This document shows, one piece after another, positions 36,004 through 44,720 of a stretch of 64,000 nt of DNA. The position numbers and the translations under genes are program-made. Positions within the stretch are counted from its first letter, which is position 1. Every line of letters starts with the position of its first letter. Location of the stretch: the NCBI GenBank assembly GCA_028286365.1, contig JAQBRR010000002.1:42165-106164 (forward strand), read 5' to 3'. A model generated the notes under the pieces. It searched no databases, was not told the DNA's origin, and saw only the letters and a list, made by a program, of their open reading frames with translations. This DNA comes from Candidatus Saccharimonadota bacterium. GTDB taxonomy: Bacteria > Patescibacteriota > Saccharimonadia > Saccharimonadales > Saccharimonadaceae.

Positions 36004-37518
36004 ATGAAACAGGGGATTGCACTCGAGGTAATGTTGGCGGGCGAAAGCGTGCTATTGACCGGTCCAGCAGGAGCGGGCAAGACGTTTGTGTTAAACCAAT
36101 TCATCCGAATTGCAAAGAGTGAAGGCAAACACGTATCAGTGACGGCAACGACGGGTCTCGCTGCAACACACCTCGGCGGAACGACGATTCATAGTTGGAG
36201 TGGGATTGGAATTTCTGATGAGCTACCTCATGGTTTTGCCGATCATATGGCAAAAGGCCGTAAAGAAATTATTGAAAAAACCGATGTACTGATTATTGAC
36301 GAGATTAGTATGCTTCACGACTATCGGCTGGATATGGTTGATACGGTTTGTCGGTTAGTCCGTGGTAAGGATGAACCATTCGGTGGAATTCAGATTATTA
36401 TGAGTGGTGACTTCTTCCAGCTACCTCCGATTAACAGAGGTGATAACCGTGCAGGAGGCTTTGTTGTTAATAGTAAGGTCTGGCAACTACTTGATCCGAC
36501 GATTTGTTATTTAGAGGAACAGCACCGTCAGGACGACGAGGTGCTACTCGATATTCTTAATTCTCTGCGTGGTGGTGAACTACGTCGCCATCATGCCGAG
36601 AAGCTTTTAGAGCGAGTAGGTGTTGTACCTGATGACGGTGAGCTCACCGAACTACATACGGTGAATATTGATGTCGATAAACTCAATAATGAGAAGCTTG
36701 ATGAGCTTGGAGGTGATGAGATATTCTACACGCAGACAACAACAGGTAGTGATAGTTACGTCGAAACATTGCAGAGGTCCGTCCTTGCACCAGCGACACT
36801 TCGAGTGAAGAAGGGTGCGTTAGTCATGGCCGTCAAAAACAGCCTTGAGCGTAAGTACGTTAACGGTAGCCTTGGCGTCGTAATAGATTTTGAGTCAGGA
36901 ACTGAATATCCAATTGTCGAATTTAAAAATGGCAAAGTTGTCACAATGATGCCAGATACCTGGGAGCTTCGTGACGGTGAGAAGAAACGAGCGAGTATTA
37001 GCCAAATACCTCTTCGTTTAGCCTGGGCGATCACCGTTCATAAATCTCAGGGTATGACGCTCGATGCGGCGCGTATTGATCTACGAAAAGCATTTGTTGA
37101 AGGTATGGGCTATGTGGCTCTCAGCCGAGTAAAAAACTTGCGCAATCTTTATTTAACTGGCATAAATCAGATGGCATTACAGATCAGCGAGGATGCACAG
37201 AACATTGATGTGCTCCTTCGTGATCACGCTGCAAAGGATGCGAAACGATTTGCATATCTCGAAAAATCGGCCGAAAAACGTAAGACCGAAGTACCGAAAA
37301 AAACAGAAAAGGCGAGCGGTTGGAGTGACAAGATCGCTAAAATGCGCGAAACGTATCCGAACGCTTACAAGCCATGGGAAGCCAGCCAAGATGCACAGCT
37401 AAAAGAGAAATTTTTAAACGGGTCATCAGTGAAACAATTGGCGAAACTATTAGGTCGTCACGAGGGTTCGATTACCATGCGACTCCAAAAACACTTCGGT
37501 GAAGATGTTGTTCAGTAA
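36004..37518 (+). CDS. PIF1/RecD-like SF1 DNA helicase with C-terminal HTH-like tail
   Basis: Walker A GPAGAGKTF, IIDEISML and FGGIQIIMSGDFFQLPPI, plus TVHKSQG. The ATG at 36004 lies 7 nt after TATAAT (track start at 35983). Confidence 0.85.
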   Translation: MKQGIALEVMLAGESVLLTGPAGAGKTFVLNQFIRIAKSEGKHVSVTATTGLAATHLGGTTIHSWSGIGISDELPHGFADHMAKGRKEIIEKTDVLIIDEISMLHDYRLDMVDTVCRLVRGKDEPFGGIQIIMSGDFFQLPPINRGDNRAGGFVVNSKVWQLLDPTICYLEEQHRQDDEVLLDILNSLRGGELRRHHAEKLLERVGVVPDDGELTELHTVNIDVDKLNNEKLDELGGDEIFYTQTTTGSDSYVETLQRSVLAPATLRVKKGALVMAVKNSLERKYVNGSLGVVIDFESGTEYPIVEFKNGKVVTMMPDTWELRDGEKKRASISQIPLRLAWAITVHKSQGMTLDAARIDLRKAFVEGMGYVALSRVKNLRNLYLTGINQMALQISEDAQNIDVLLRDHAAKDAKRFAYLEKSAEKRKTEVPKKTEKASGWSDKIAKMRETYPNAYKPWEASQDAQLKEKFLNGSSVKQLAKLLGRHEGSITMRLQKHFGEDVVQ

Positions 37519-37589
37519 GCTTAGTTTTTACGGGTGTTGCCCTACCATCGCTACCCGTATACCCATCTAAGGTATAATAGGGTGTAGGT

Positions 37590-38855
37590 ATGACAGAGGT
37601 TTCAACGAATAAACATCAATTCTCAAAAAGGTTTTTATGGGGTGCTTCAACTGCTGCTCATCAGGTTGAGGGTGGCAACCATAACCAATGGACTGTCTGG
37701 GAATTAGAGAACGCCAAGGCGAAAGCTGCTCAGGCATCGTATCATTACGACCATTACGTTAGCTGGGAGAGAGTAAAGGATCAAGCAAAGAATCCTAGTA
37801 ACTATGTTTCAGATACGTTGGCTGATCATTACAACAGATACGAAGAAGATTTTAAATTGCTAGGTGATATGCATATGAATGCATTTCGTTTTAGCGTTGA
37901 GTGGTCACGAATTGAACCAGAAGAGGGCGCATGGAGTGCTGAGGCGATAACCCACTATAAACAGTACGTACGTGCGTTGAAGAAACGCGGGATTGAACCT
38001 GTCGTAACGCTATTTCACTTTACGCTACCTGTTTGGTTTAGTGAGATGGGTGGATTTGAGAAGAGATCAAACGTCAAATATTTTACTCGTTTTGCTCAGA
38101 AGATCGTGAGTGAACTAGGCCTCGAGGTACGGCTTATCATCACGATTAACGAACCAGAAGTCTATGCCACAGAGAGTTATTATCATCAAAATTGGCCACC
38201 AGCGGTACATAGCTATTACAAGTGGTGGAGAGTCGTCAATAATATGGCATATGCGCATCGTCAGGCAGCCAAAGCGATCCATAAGTTACATCGACACTAT
38301 AAGGTCTCAATCGCTAAAAATTCAAACTTTATTTATCCTGGTGATAATGCGTGGCTGAGTCGAATTAGTGCAGCATTGTCACAATACTTTCAGGATGATT
38401 ATTTTATTAAAAAAGTTGTTCGACATTGCGATTTCTTGGGTATTAATTATTATTTTAGTAATCGTTTCTATGGGGATCGCATTCATAATCCTGATCAGAA
38501 ACTAAGTGATTTAAACTGGGATATGCATCCAGCAGATATTCAATTTACACTGGAGAGGCTTCACGGGAAATACCAGATACCAATTATTATTACAGAGAAC
38601 GGTTTGGCTGATGCAGAAGATTCATACAGAAAGTGGTGGATCACAGAAACGATCACTGCAATGCAACGAGCGATTAAAAATGGTGTTCAGCTACAAGGCT
38701 ACTTACACTGGAGTTTAATCGATAATTTTGAATGGGCATATGGAAGATGGCCACGATTTGGCCTTGCGGCAATCGACTATAGTACTGGTAAACGAACCCT
38801 AAGGCCTAGCGCCCGCTGGTTCGGACGTGTTATAAAAAACCTTCGTGGTATATAG
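37590..38855 (+). CDS. glycoside hydrolase family 1 (beta-glucosidase-like)
   Basis: FLWGASTAAHQVEGG, acid/base TINEPEV and nucleophile ITENG. Confidence 0.9.
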   Translation: MTEVSTNKHQFSKRFLWGASTAAHQVEGGNHNQWTVWELENAKAKAAQASYHYDHYVSWERVKDQAKNPSNYVSDTLADHYNRYEEDFKLLGDMHMNAFRFSVEWSRIEPEEGAWSAEAITHYKQYVRALKKRGIEPVVTLFHFTLPVWFSEMGGFEKRSNVKYFTRFAQKIVSELGLEVRLIITINEPEVYATESYYHQNWPPAVHSYYKWWRVVNNMAYAHRQAAKAIHKLHRHYKVSIAKNSNFIYPGDNAWLSRISAALSQYFQDDYFIKKVVRHCDFLGINYYFSNRFYGDRIHNPDQKLSDLNWDMHPADIQFTLERLHGKYQIPIIITENGLADAEDSYRKWWITETITAMQRAIKNGVQLQGYLHWSLIDNFEWAYGRWPRFGLAAIDYSTGKRTLRPSARWFGRVIKNLRGI

Positions 38856-38863
38856 TAGGAGCA

Positions 38864-39895
38864 ATGGAAGAACCATTTAAAAAGACCGGAAATGATATAA
38901 AGATTGCTGTTATTGGTGGTGGTACAGGTAGCTTTACGATGTTATCGGCGTTGAAACACCATACGAGGCAGCTAGCAGCGATTGTGAATATGGCTGATGA
39001 TGGTGGTAGCACAGGCGTGCTTCGTGATGAGCTCGGTACTTTGCCCTCTGGTGATGTGCGTCAATGCCTCGTTGCGCTCAGCGACTCACCGAAAATCCGC
39101 GACCTATTTGATTATCGTTTTGAAGAGGGCACATTTGGCGGACACTCATTTGGTAATATTCTTCTAACCGCCCTAGAGAAGGTTACTGGTAGCTTCTCGG
39201 AAGCTGTGGCGACTGCGTCAGAAATTCTACGTGTTAACGGAACGGTTATTCCTGCCACGCTTGATAATGTCCGCCTCAAGATGGAGTGGCCAGAAACAAG
39301 TGTAATACTACATGGTGAAAGGGTTATCGATGCAAAGTATTTTCAACATGACCCACGTCAAGCTCATCTTGCATTAGTCCCAAATCCGACTGCGAACCCA
39401 ATGGCAATCCAAGCGATTGCCGAGGCTGATATCGTCGTTATTACGCCTGGCGATTTGTATACCTCGTTGGGACCACTACTTATTATTGACGGGATTGGTG
39501 ATGCGCTAAGAGAATCAAAAGCCTTGAAAGTATATGTCTCAAATTTAGTGACGAAGAATGGCCAAACGGCTGGTTTTAGCGTTGGTGATCATGCTGCCGA
39601 GATTGAACGGTTCGCTGGCGGTCATTTCCTTGACTATGTTCTCTACAATAAGCAACAGCCGACCGATGATGTTGCTGCACGCTATAAGCAAGAAGGCGCT
39701 TATATTACGCCAGTTGATATGGACGTACTTCACAAGGCTCACTACAAGACACTTGCTGGTAATTTCCTCGGTACGATGGCAGAGGCTCATACCGCAGACA
39801 TCATTCCAGTTACGAGATCACTTATCCGACACGACGCTGAAGAGGTTGCACGTGCACTCATGGATCTGTATGAGACATACGGAGAGAGGCGTTGA
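38864..39895 (+). CDS. YvcK/CofD-family (UPF0052) gluconeogenesis-factor-like protein
   Basis: IAVIGGGTGSFTMLSALK and NMADDGGSTGVLRDELG..PSGDVRQCLVAL. Confidence 0.85.
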   Translation: MEEPFKKTGNDIKIAVIGGGTGSFTMLSALKHHTRQLAAIVNMADDGGSTGVLRDELGTLPSGDVRQCLVALSDSPKIRDLFDYRFEEGTFGGHSFGNILLTALEKVTGSFSEAVATASEILRVNGTVIPATLDNVRLKMEWPETSVILHGERVIDAKYFQHDPRQAHLALVPNPTANPMAIQAIAEADIVVITPGDLYTSLGPLLIIDGIGDALRESKALKVYVSNLVTKNGQTAGFSVGDHAAEIERFAGGHFLDYVLYNKQQPTDDVAARYKQEGAYITPVDMDVLHKAHYKTLAGNFLGTMAEAHTADIIPVTRSLIRHDAEEVARALMDLYETYGERR

Positions 39896-40569
39896 CGAGC
39901 GTTGAGACATTTTTCGCAATTGATTTTGATCGTTGTTTATCAGATACAGACAAGCTCGACAAAATATTTTACGAACTAGCAGGTGATGAATATCCACAAC
40001 TCGATGCTGTAGAACTACTAAGGGCCAGAAATGAAATCGAAAATACAGGACGTACGTTCGATCAAATTGGTGCACTCCAGAAAGTTTTTAATGAATCAGA
40101 ACTAGCAGATTTTCTTGATGTTTTTATAAGCCGGGCAATAAGAGAAGATGTATTATCACTGGGCGCTAGAGATTTCATTAAAGCGCTAGAAAGTCACAAT
40201 CTGCCATATGGCCTCGTGACGTTTGGTGGTATTAGATGGCAGCAGGTAAAAATCAAAGCAAGCGGGGTAGATTCGATTCCAACACTGATTACCGATCACA
40301 CGGGAAAAGGTGAGATTATCGCTAAGTGGCAGCAAACAGACGGAACATTTTTAATTCCATCAGATTTAACGGCTAAAGAGCTTTATGTCAAAACAGTCGT
40401 ACTGCTCGATGACAAGGCTATTGCGTTCAAGGGTCTACCCCAGGCATCTAGAGGCTATTGGGTGCAATCTACGACAAAACCTTTACTACCATCTCAAACT
40501 GGTGCTATTCCTGACAACGTTCGTATTGCTCGTGGCCTAGACCAAGTTCTTGAATTTGAATCTCTCTAA
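39892..40569 (+). CDS. hypothetical protein, possibly HAD-like
   Basis: 225 aa. FAIDFDRCLSD (DxD-like motif I) and VVLLDDK. TTG start overlaps the upstream stop. Confidence 0.45.
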   Translation: MTSVETFFAIDFDRCLSDTDKLDKIFYELAGDEYPQLDAVELLRARNEIENTGRTFDQIGALQKVFNESELADFLDVFISRAIREDVLSLGARDFIKALESHNLPYGLVTFGGIRWQQVKIKASGVDSIPTLITDHTGKGEIIAKWQQTDGTFLIPSDLTAKELYVKTVVLLDDKAIAFKGLPQASRGYWVQSTTKPLLPSQTGAIPDNVRIARGLDQVLEFESL

Positions 40570-40638
40570 ATAAGCACATATAAATGATGTGTAAAATATA
40601 TATCTAAAAAAGCTAACTACCTCTGTAAATGCTGTTAT

Positions 40639-40660
40639 TTATCCACAGAACTGTGAATAA
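40639..40660. promoter_or_regulatory. 22-bp near-palindrome containing a perfect DnaA-box 9-mer
   Basis: TTATCCACAG-AA-CTGTGAATAA (arms differ at 1 of 10 positions). TTATCCACA at 40639-40647. Confidence 0.35.
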
Positions 40661-40700
40661 CTAGGATACCTCTAGTAGATTCTGTCAAAAATAGGGGTTG

Positions 40701-40750
40701 TAGTGGGTAATTGTGGGTAGTATAGTGAGGCCAGTGGCAAGCAGTGGCTC
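40701..40750 (+). promoter_or_regulatory. phased GTGGG-type repeats; probable MraZ operator in the dcw promoter
   Basis: GTGGG at 40703 and 40713, GTGAG at 40725, GTGGC at 40734 and 40744 (spacing 10, 12, 9 and 10 nt), about 60-100 nt upstream of mraZ. Confidence 0.55.
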
Positions 40751-40805
40751 ACACCACCAACAAAACAAACAACCACTATCATTAAAATAACCACAGAAAA
40801 GCCGC

Positions 40806-41198
40806 GTGAAAGAAACAACAATGGCCAGCGTAGATTATTTTGAGCGGAAGCTAGACGACAAACGTCGGTTAACCATACCGTCGGAGCTTCGTGAAGAATT
40901 CAATTCTGGTGTTGTCATTACTCGCGGTTTTGGCCAATACTTGCACCTATATCCAAAATTAGTTTGGGACAGGGAAGTAGAAGCGGCACTAACAGGAACA
41001 GGCAATATTCTCGATGAGAAGGTTGCCGATCTAAATGTGCAGTTTCGCCTAGGTAAAACCGAAGCAGATCTCGACCAGAAACAAGGCCGAGTAACAATCG
41101 AGCAACATTTGCTTGATTATGCCGAGATTGACCATGGGTTGGTTGCAGTTCGAGCTGGCGCATACTTTCGAGTAATGGCGGCAGACGAGAAGCTATAG
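40806..41198 (+). CDS. mraZ: transcriptional regulator MraZ
   Basis: Two SpoVT/AbrB-like halves (LDDKRRLTIPSELRE and DQKQGRVTIEQHLLDYA). GTG start at 40806, with an alternative ATG at 40821. Confidence 0.85.
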   Translation: MKETTMASVDYFERKLDDKRRLTIPSELREEFNSGVVITRGFGQYLHLYPKLVWDREVEAALTGTGNILDEKVADLNVQFRLGKTEADLDQKQGRVTIEQHLLDYAEIDHGLVAVRAGAYFRVMAADEKL

Positions 41199-41523
41199 GT
41201 TAGTTCCTTTCCCGAGCACCTTAAAAATCAGTTGTAACGTAACAAGAAATACTCTCGAGATCAGCTATCTGGTAGTGAGGCGTGGAATTCGGAACCACAT
41301 TAAAAAAGTCCGCGCACCTTACTCAAAAACACACCTCCCAAAAAACTCCACCTCACACATAAGTCTCTCAACTGAATAATCCATAGGATTTGAGTTACCT
41401 AGTAATTCCCTATATCAAGATTGTTCAGCAACTTATATAAAAACAAACACAGATAAAAATAAACAGCCTTACTATCGGTTAGGTGATCTCGAACAGTTCT
41501 GCCATGGTATATTGGTAGAATAA

Positions 41524-42456
41524 ATGAGTAAAGAACATCCACCACAATCAAAAGATAAGGGCGAACTCCGTTCGAACGAATCTTTGGCATTACATGTTCC
41601 AGTCTTGTTAGAATCAACGCTCACGTTACTTGCGCCAACAAAAGGGGAGAGCTATCTCGACCTAACGGCTGGCTATGGGGGACATGCGCGCCAATTTCTA
41701 ACGAGAACTGAAAATTATGTTGAATCAGTCCTAGTCGATCGTGATGATTATGCAATTATGCATTTGAAGTCATTCTCGGATCAGGGGGTTCGGCTACTGC
41801 ACACTGACTTTGTATCTGCTGCTAAACAGTTGATCGAGGAAGGTAAGCAATTTAACATTGTACTGGTTGATTTGGGGGTGTCGTCACCACAACTCGATCA
41901 GAGCGCGAGAGGATTTTCTTTTACAAATAGTGGTAGCCTTGATATGCGCATGGACCGTCGTCAGGGCGTCAGCGCAGAAACGCTTGTTAACACCGCCTCG
42001 GCGGATGAGCTAACGCGTATCATTACTCAATATGGTGAAGAGCCGATTGGGTTTGCCAGACAAATCGCTACGGCGATTGTTAGCAGTCGACCACTTTCTA
42101 CAACTGAAGAACTCGCAGCACTCGTCAAAAATACGTATCGTGGCAAATGGAAAAAGACACATCCTGCCACTCGCACCTTTCAAGCACTCCGGATTGCGGT
42201 CAACGATGAGCTACGGCAAATCGAAGACCTGTTGCCGAGACTACCCCGCCTGTTAAAACCGGGCGGGCGAGTCGGCATCATCAGCTTTCATAGTCTAGAA
42301 GATCGCCTGGTCAAACACTACTTTAAAGAGCAGTTTGAAGCAGGACTAGAGGCAGAACTACAGCCTCTCACTAAGAAGCCAATCCTCGGGTCAATTAACG
42401 ATGTTCACAATCCGCGTGCAAGGAGCAGCAAGCTACGAGCCGCAGTGAAAAAATAA
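41524..42456 (+). CDS. rsmH: 16S rRNA (cytosine1402-N4)-methyltransferase
   Basis: HVPVLL, YLDLTAGYGGH, DLGVSS.QLD and ISFHSLEDR. Confidence 0.93.
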   Translation: MSKEHPPQSKDKGELRSNESLALHVPVLLESTLTLLAPTKGESYLDLTAGYGGHARQFLTRTENYVESVLVDRDDYAIMHLKSFSDQGVRLLHTDFVSAAKQLIEEGKQFNIVLVDLGVSSPQLDQSARGFSFTNSGSLDMRMDRRQGVSAETLVNTASADELTRIITQYGEEPIGFARQIATAIVSSRPLSTTEELAALVKNTYRGKWKKTHPATRTFQALRIAVNDELRQIEDLLPRLPRLLKPGGRVGIISFHSLEDRLVKHYFKEQFEAGLEAELQPLTKKPILGSINDVHNPRARSSKLRAAVKK

Positions 42457-42562
42457 AATAAACAGAAGGAAGGGGCAAAACACCATGCCAATTCACATTC
42501 AAGTACAATACATGGACGTGCCGCAAATCGTCACAGTTCGTGTAAAGTAAACAAACCCAGCG

Positions 42563-42584
42563 CCGCTACCCGAAAGGGTAGCGG
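42563..42584 (+). other. 9-bp hairpin with GAAA tetraloop in the rsmH-ftsL spacer
   Basis: CCGCTACCC-GAAA-GGGTAGCGG. No U-tract follows. Confidence 0.5.
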
Positions 42585-42620
42585 GGCACCAAACATAAAC
42601 ATAAAAAAGAAAACCACCAC

Positions 42621-42974
42621 ATGTCTTATTATCAACGAACCGCAGAATTTACGAGCCGTCGCCAGCAAAACTGGTCACGTAATCAAAACACCGTCGCTTT
42701 TGTCTCATCTATCAAGCTGGGGCCTGTCGCACACACTGTACTTGTCGCACTTATGATCACTGTGCTTGGTTTGATTTATCTAACGCAGGCTACTCGCGCA
42801 ACAAGCTATGACTATCAGTCACAGAAAATTGACAGTCAAATCGCTGATCTAAGCAATCAAAAAACTGATCTTGAGATTGAAAACGCACGTTTAACATCAC
42901 TGGAAACAGTTAAAAACAGCAGCGTTGCAGCAAATCTTACCACACCATCAAGTACTCAGTACGTAAGCCAGTAG
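42621..42974 (+). CDS. ftsL: FtsL-like cell division protein
   Basis: 117 aa with a single TM followed by a short coiled coil. Sits between rsmH and ftsI. Confidence 0.55.
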   Translation: MSYYQRTAEFTSRRQQNWSRNQNTVAFVSSIKLGPVAHTVLVALMITVLGLIYLTQATRATSYDYQSQKIDSQIADLSNQKTDLEIENARLTSLETVKNSSVAANLTTPSSTQYVSQ

Positions 42975-42977
42975 GGT

Positions 42978-44717
42978 ATGAAGTTAGAACTGCAAAAAGG
43001 TAGTCGATCACGAATACTTGCAGGGTTTATTTTTGCTATCGTCGGTATATTTATTATCCGGCTTTTTTATTTGCAAATTATTCAACATAATTATTATGTA
43101 GGGCTTGCGGATAATGAGCAGATTAAAAGTCTCACTATCTACGCCAAGCGTGGCCTCATTTATGGCCTAGAAGGATCAACGCCTGTGCCGCTTGTCTTGA
43201 ACCAGACAGTCTACACAGTCACAGCTGATCCCTACACCGTGAGCGACGATACCAAGGTGATTGATCTCATTGAACAAGTAGCAGGGGGTAATGCTCAACC
43301 GAACCTTTCAGCACTTCTTGGCAATAAAGAGTCACGTTATGCGGTTCTCGCAAAAGGATTAACGACTGTTCAGGCCCAGAAGCTTAAGGACGCTAACTTT
43401 CCTGGAATTGAGCTCCAACAGACTACTCAGCGTGTCTATCCAGAGGGCACTCTAGCGGCACAGGCGCTTGGTTTCGTTGATTACGATGGCAATGGTCAAT
43501 ATGGTGTTGAGGGTGAGCTAAATAGTCAGCTCGCAGGCACAAATGGATTACTTAAAACAGTGACAGATGTCAGTGACGTTCCACTCACGATTGGTGACAA
43601 GAATATCAATAAGCCAGCGGTGGATGGTAAGAACGTTGTCCTTAGTATTGATCGTGCAGTTCAATCTCATGTTGAACAGGCACTTGTTGATGGTCTTAAA
43701 AGAAATGGTGGTGATCATGCTAGTGCGGTCGTAATGGATCCTGCAACAGGTAAAGTTTTAGCGATGGCTAACGTACCAACTTTTGATCCTGCTAATTATT
43801 CAAAAGTTCAAGATGCGGCGGACTTTAATAACCCGGTTGTATCCGCACCGTACGAGCCAGGATCCGATATGAAAACGCTTACTATGGCTGTTGGAATTGA
43901 TAAGGGTGTCGTCACGCCAACTACAACCTATAGTAATCTTGGCTACATAGATATCGACGGCATTCGTGTTCTAAACGGTGTTGGACTAGGGCATCTAGGT
44001 AATATAACGCTACAGACTGCTATGAATAACTCGCTTAACTCTGGATTTATAACGGTCGCCGAAAAGTTAGGTGATGGAACTAACATTACGCTACAGGCTA
44101 GGGATACCATGTACGACTACTTTTATAATAAGTTTAAACTCGGTCAGGTCACGGGTATCGAAGTGAGCGGAGAATTGCCTGGTACAATCATTCCTCCAAC
44201 TGATCCTCAGGGTAATGCCGTACGCTACTCAAACATGGCATTTGGCCAGGGACTTGATGTGACGATGATCCAAGTTGCTTCTGCATTTAGCTCAATTGTG
44301 GATGGCGGGTTGTATCATAAACCGACTGTTATTGCCGGTAGTATGGACGCAAATGGCAACTATATACCTAACCAGACTTCCACGCCGACTCGATCCGTCA
44401 GCCAATCTACGGCAGACCAAGTGCGGGAGATGACACATGTTGCTCGTGATTCACTCTTTGCAAACGTTGACCGACCGGGTTATGAGGTTGGTGGTAAGAC
44501 AGGTACGTCACAGACACTGATAAATGGTAATTATGATAATAATCAAACGGTCGGTACGTATTTGGGTTATGGTGGTGATAGTTCCCCCAAATATGTCATA
44601 ATGATACAGGTATCAGGTAAGAACAAGACCCTCGAAGGCGGACGCGACGCTGAACCGATTTTTGCTGATATTTCTAACTGGCTTATTAACTACTTACAAT
44701 TACAACCAAAGGGGTAA
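42978..44717 (+). CDS. ftsI: class B penicillin-binding protein (division transpeptidase)
   Basis: 579 aa with an N-terminal TM, a PBP dimerisation domain and transpeptidase motifs (SDMKT-type SxxK, SLN-type SxN, KTGT). Confidence 0.88.
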   Translation: MKLELQKGSRSRILAGFIFAIVGIFIIRLFYLQIIQHNYYVGLADNEQIKSLTIYAKRGLIYGLEGSTPVPLVLNQTVYTVTADPYTVSDDTKVIDLIEQVAGGNAQPNLSALLGNKESRYAVLAKGLTTVQAQKLKDANFPGIELQQTTQRVYPEGTLAAQALGFVDYDGNGQYGVEGELNSQLAGTNGLLKTVTDVSDVPLTIGDKNINKPAVDGKNVVLSIDRAVQSHVEQALVDGLKRNGGDHASAVVMDPATGKVLAMANVPTFDPANYSKVQDAADFNNPVVSAPYEPGSDMKTLTMAVGIDKGVVTPTTTYSNLGYIDIDGIRVLNGVGLGHLGNITLQTAMNNSLNSGFITVAEKLGDGTNITLQARDTMYDYFYNKFKLGQVTGIEVSGELPGTIIPPTDPQGNAVRYSNMAFGQGLDVTMIQVASAFSSIVDGGLYHKPTVIAGSMDANGNYIPNQTSTPTRSVSQSTADQVREMTHVARDSLFANVDRPGYEVGGKTGTSQTLINGNYDNNQTVGTYLGYGGDSSPKYVIMIQVSGKNKTLEGGRDAEPIFADISNWLINYLQLQPKG

Positions 44718-44720
44718 TAT

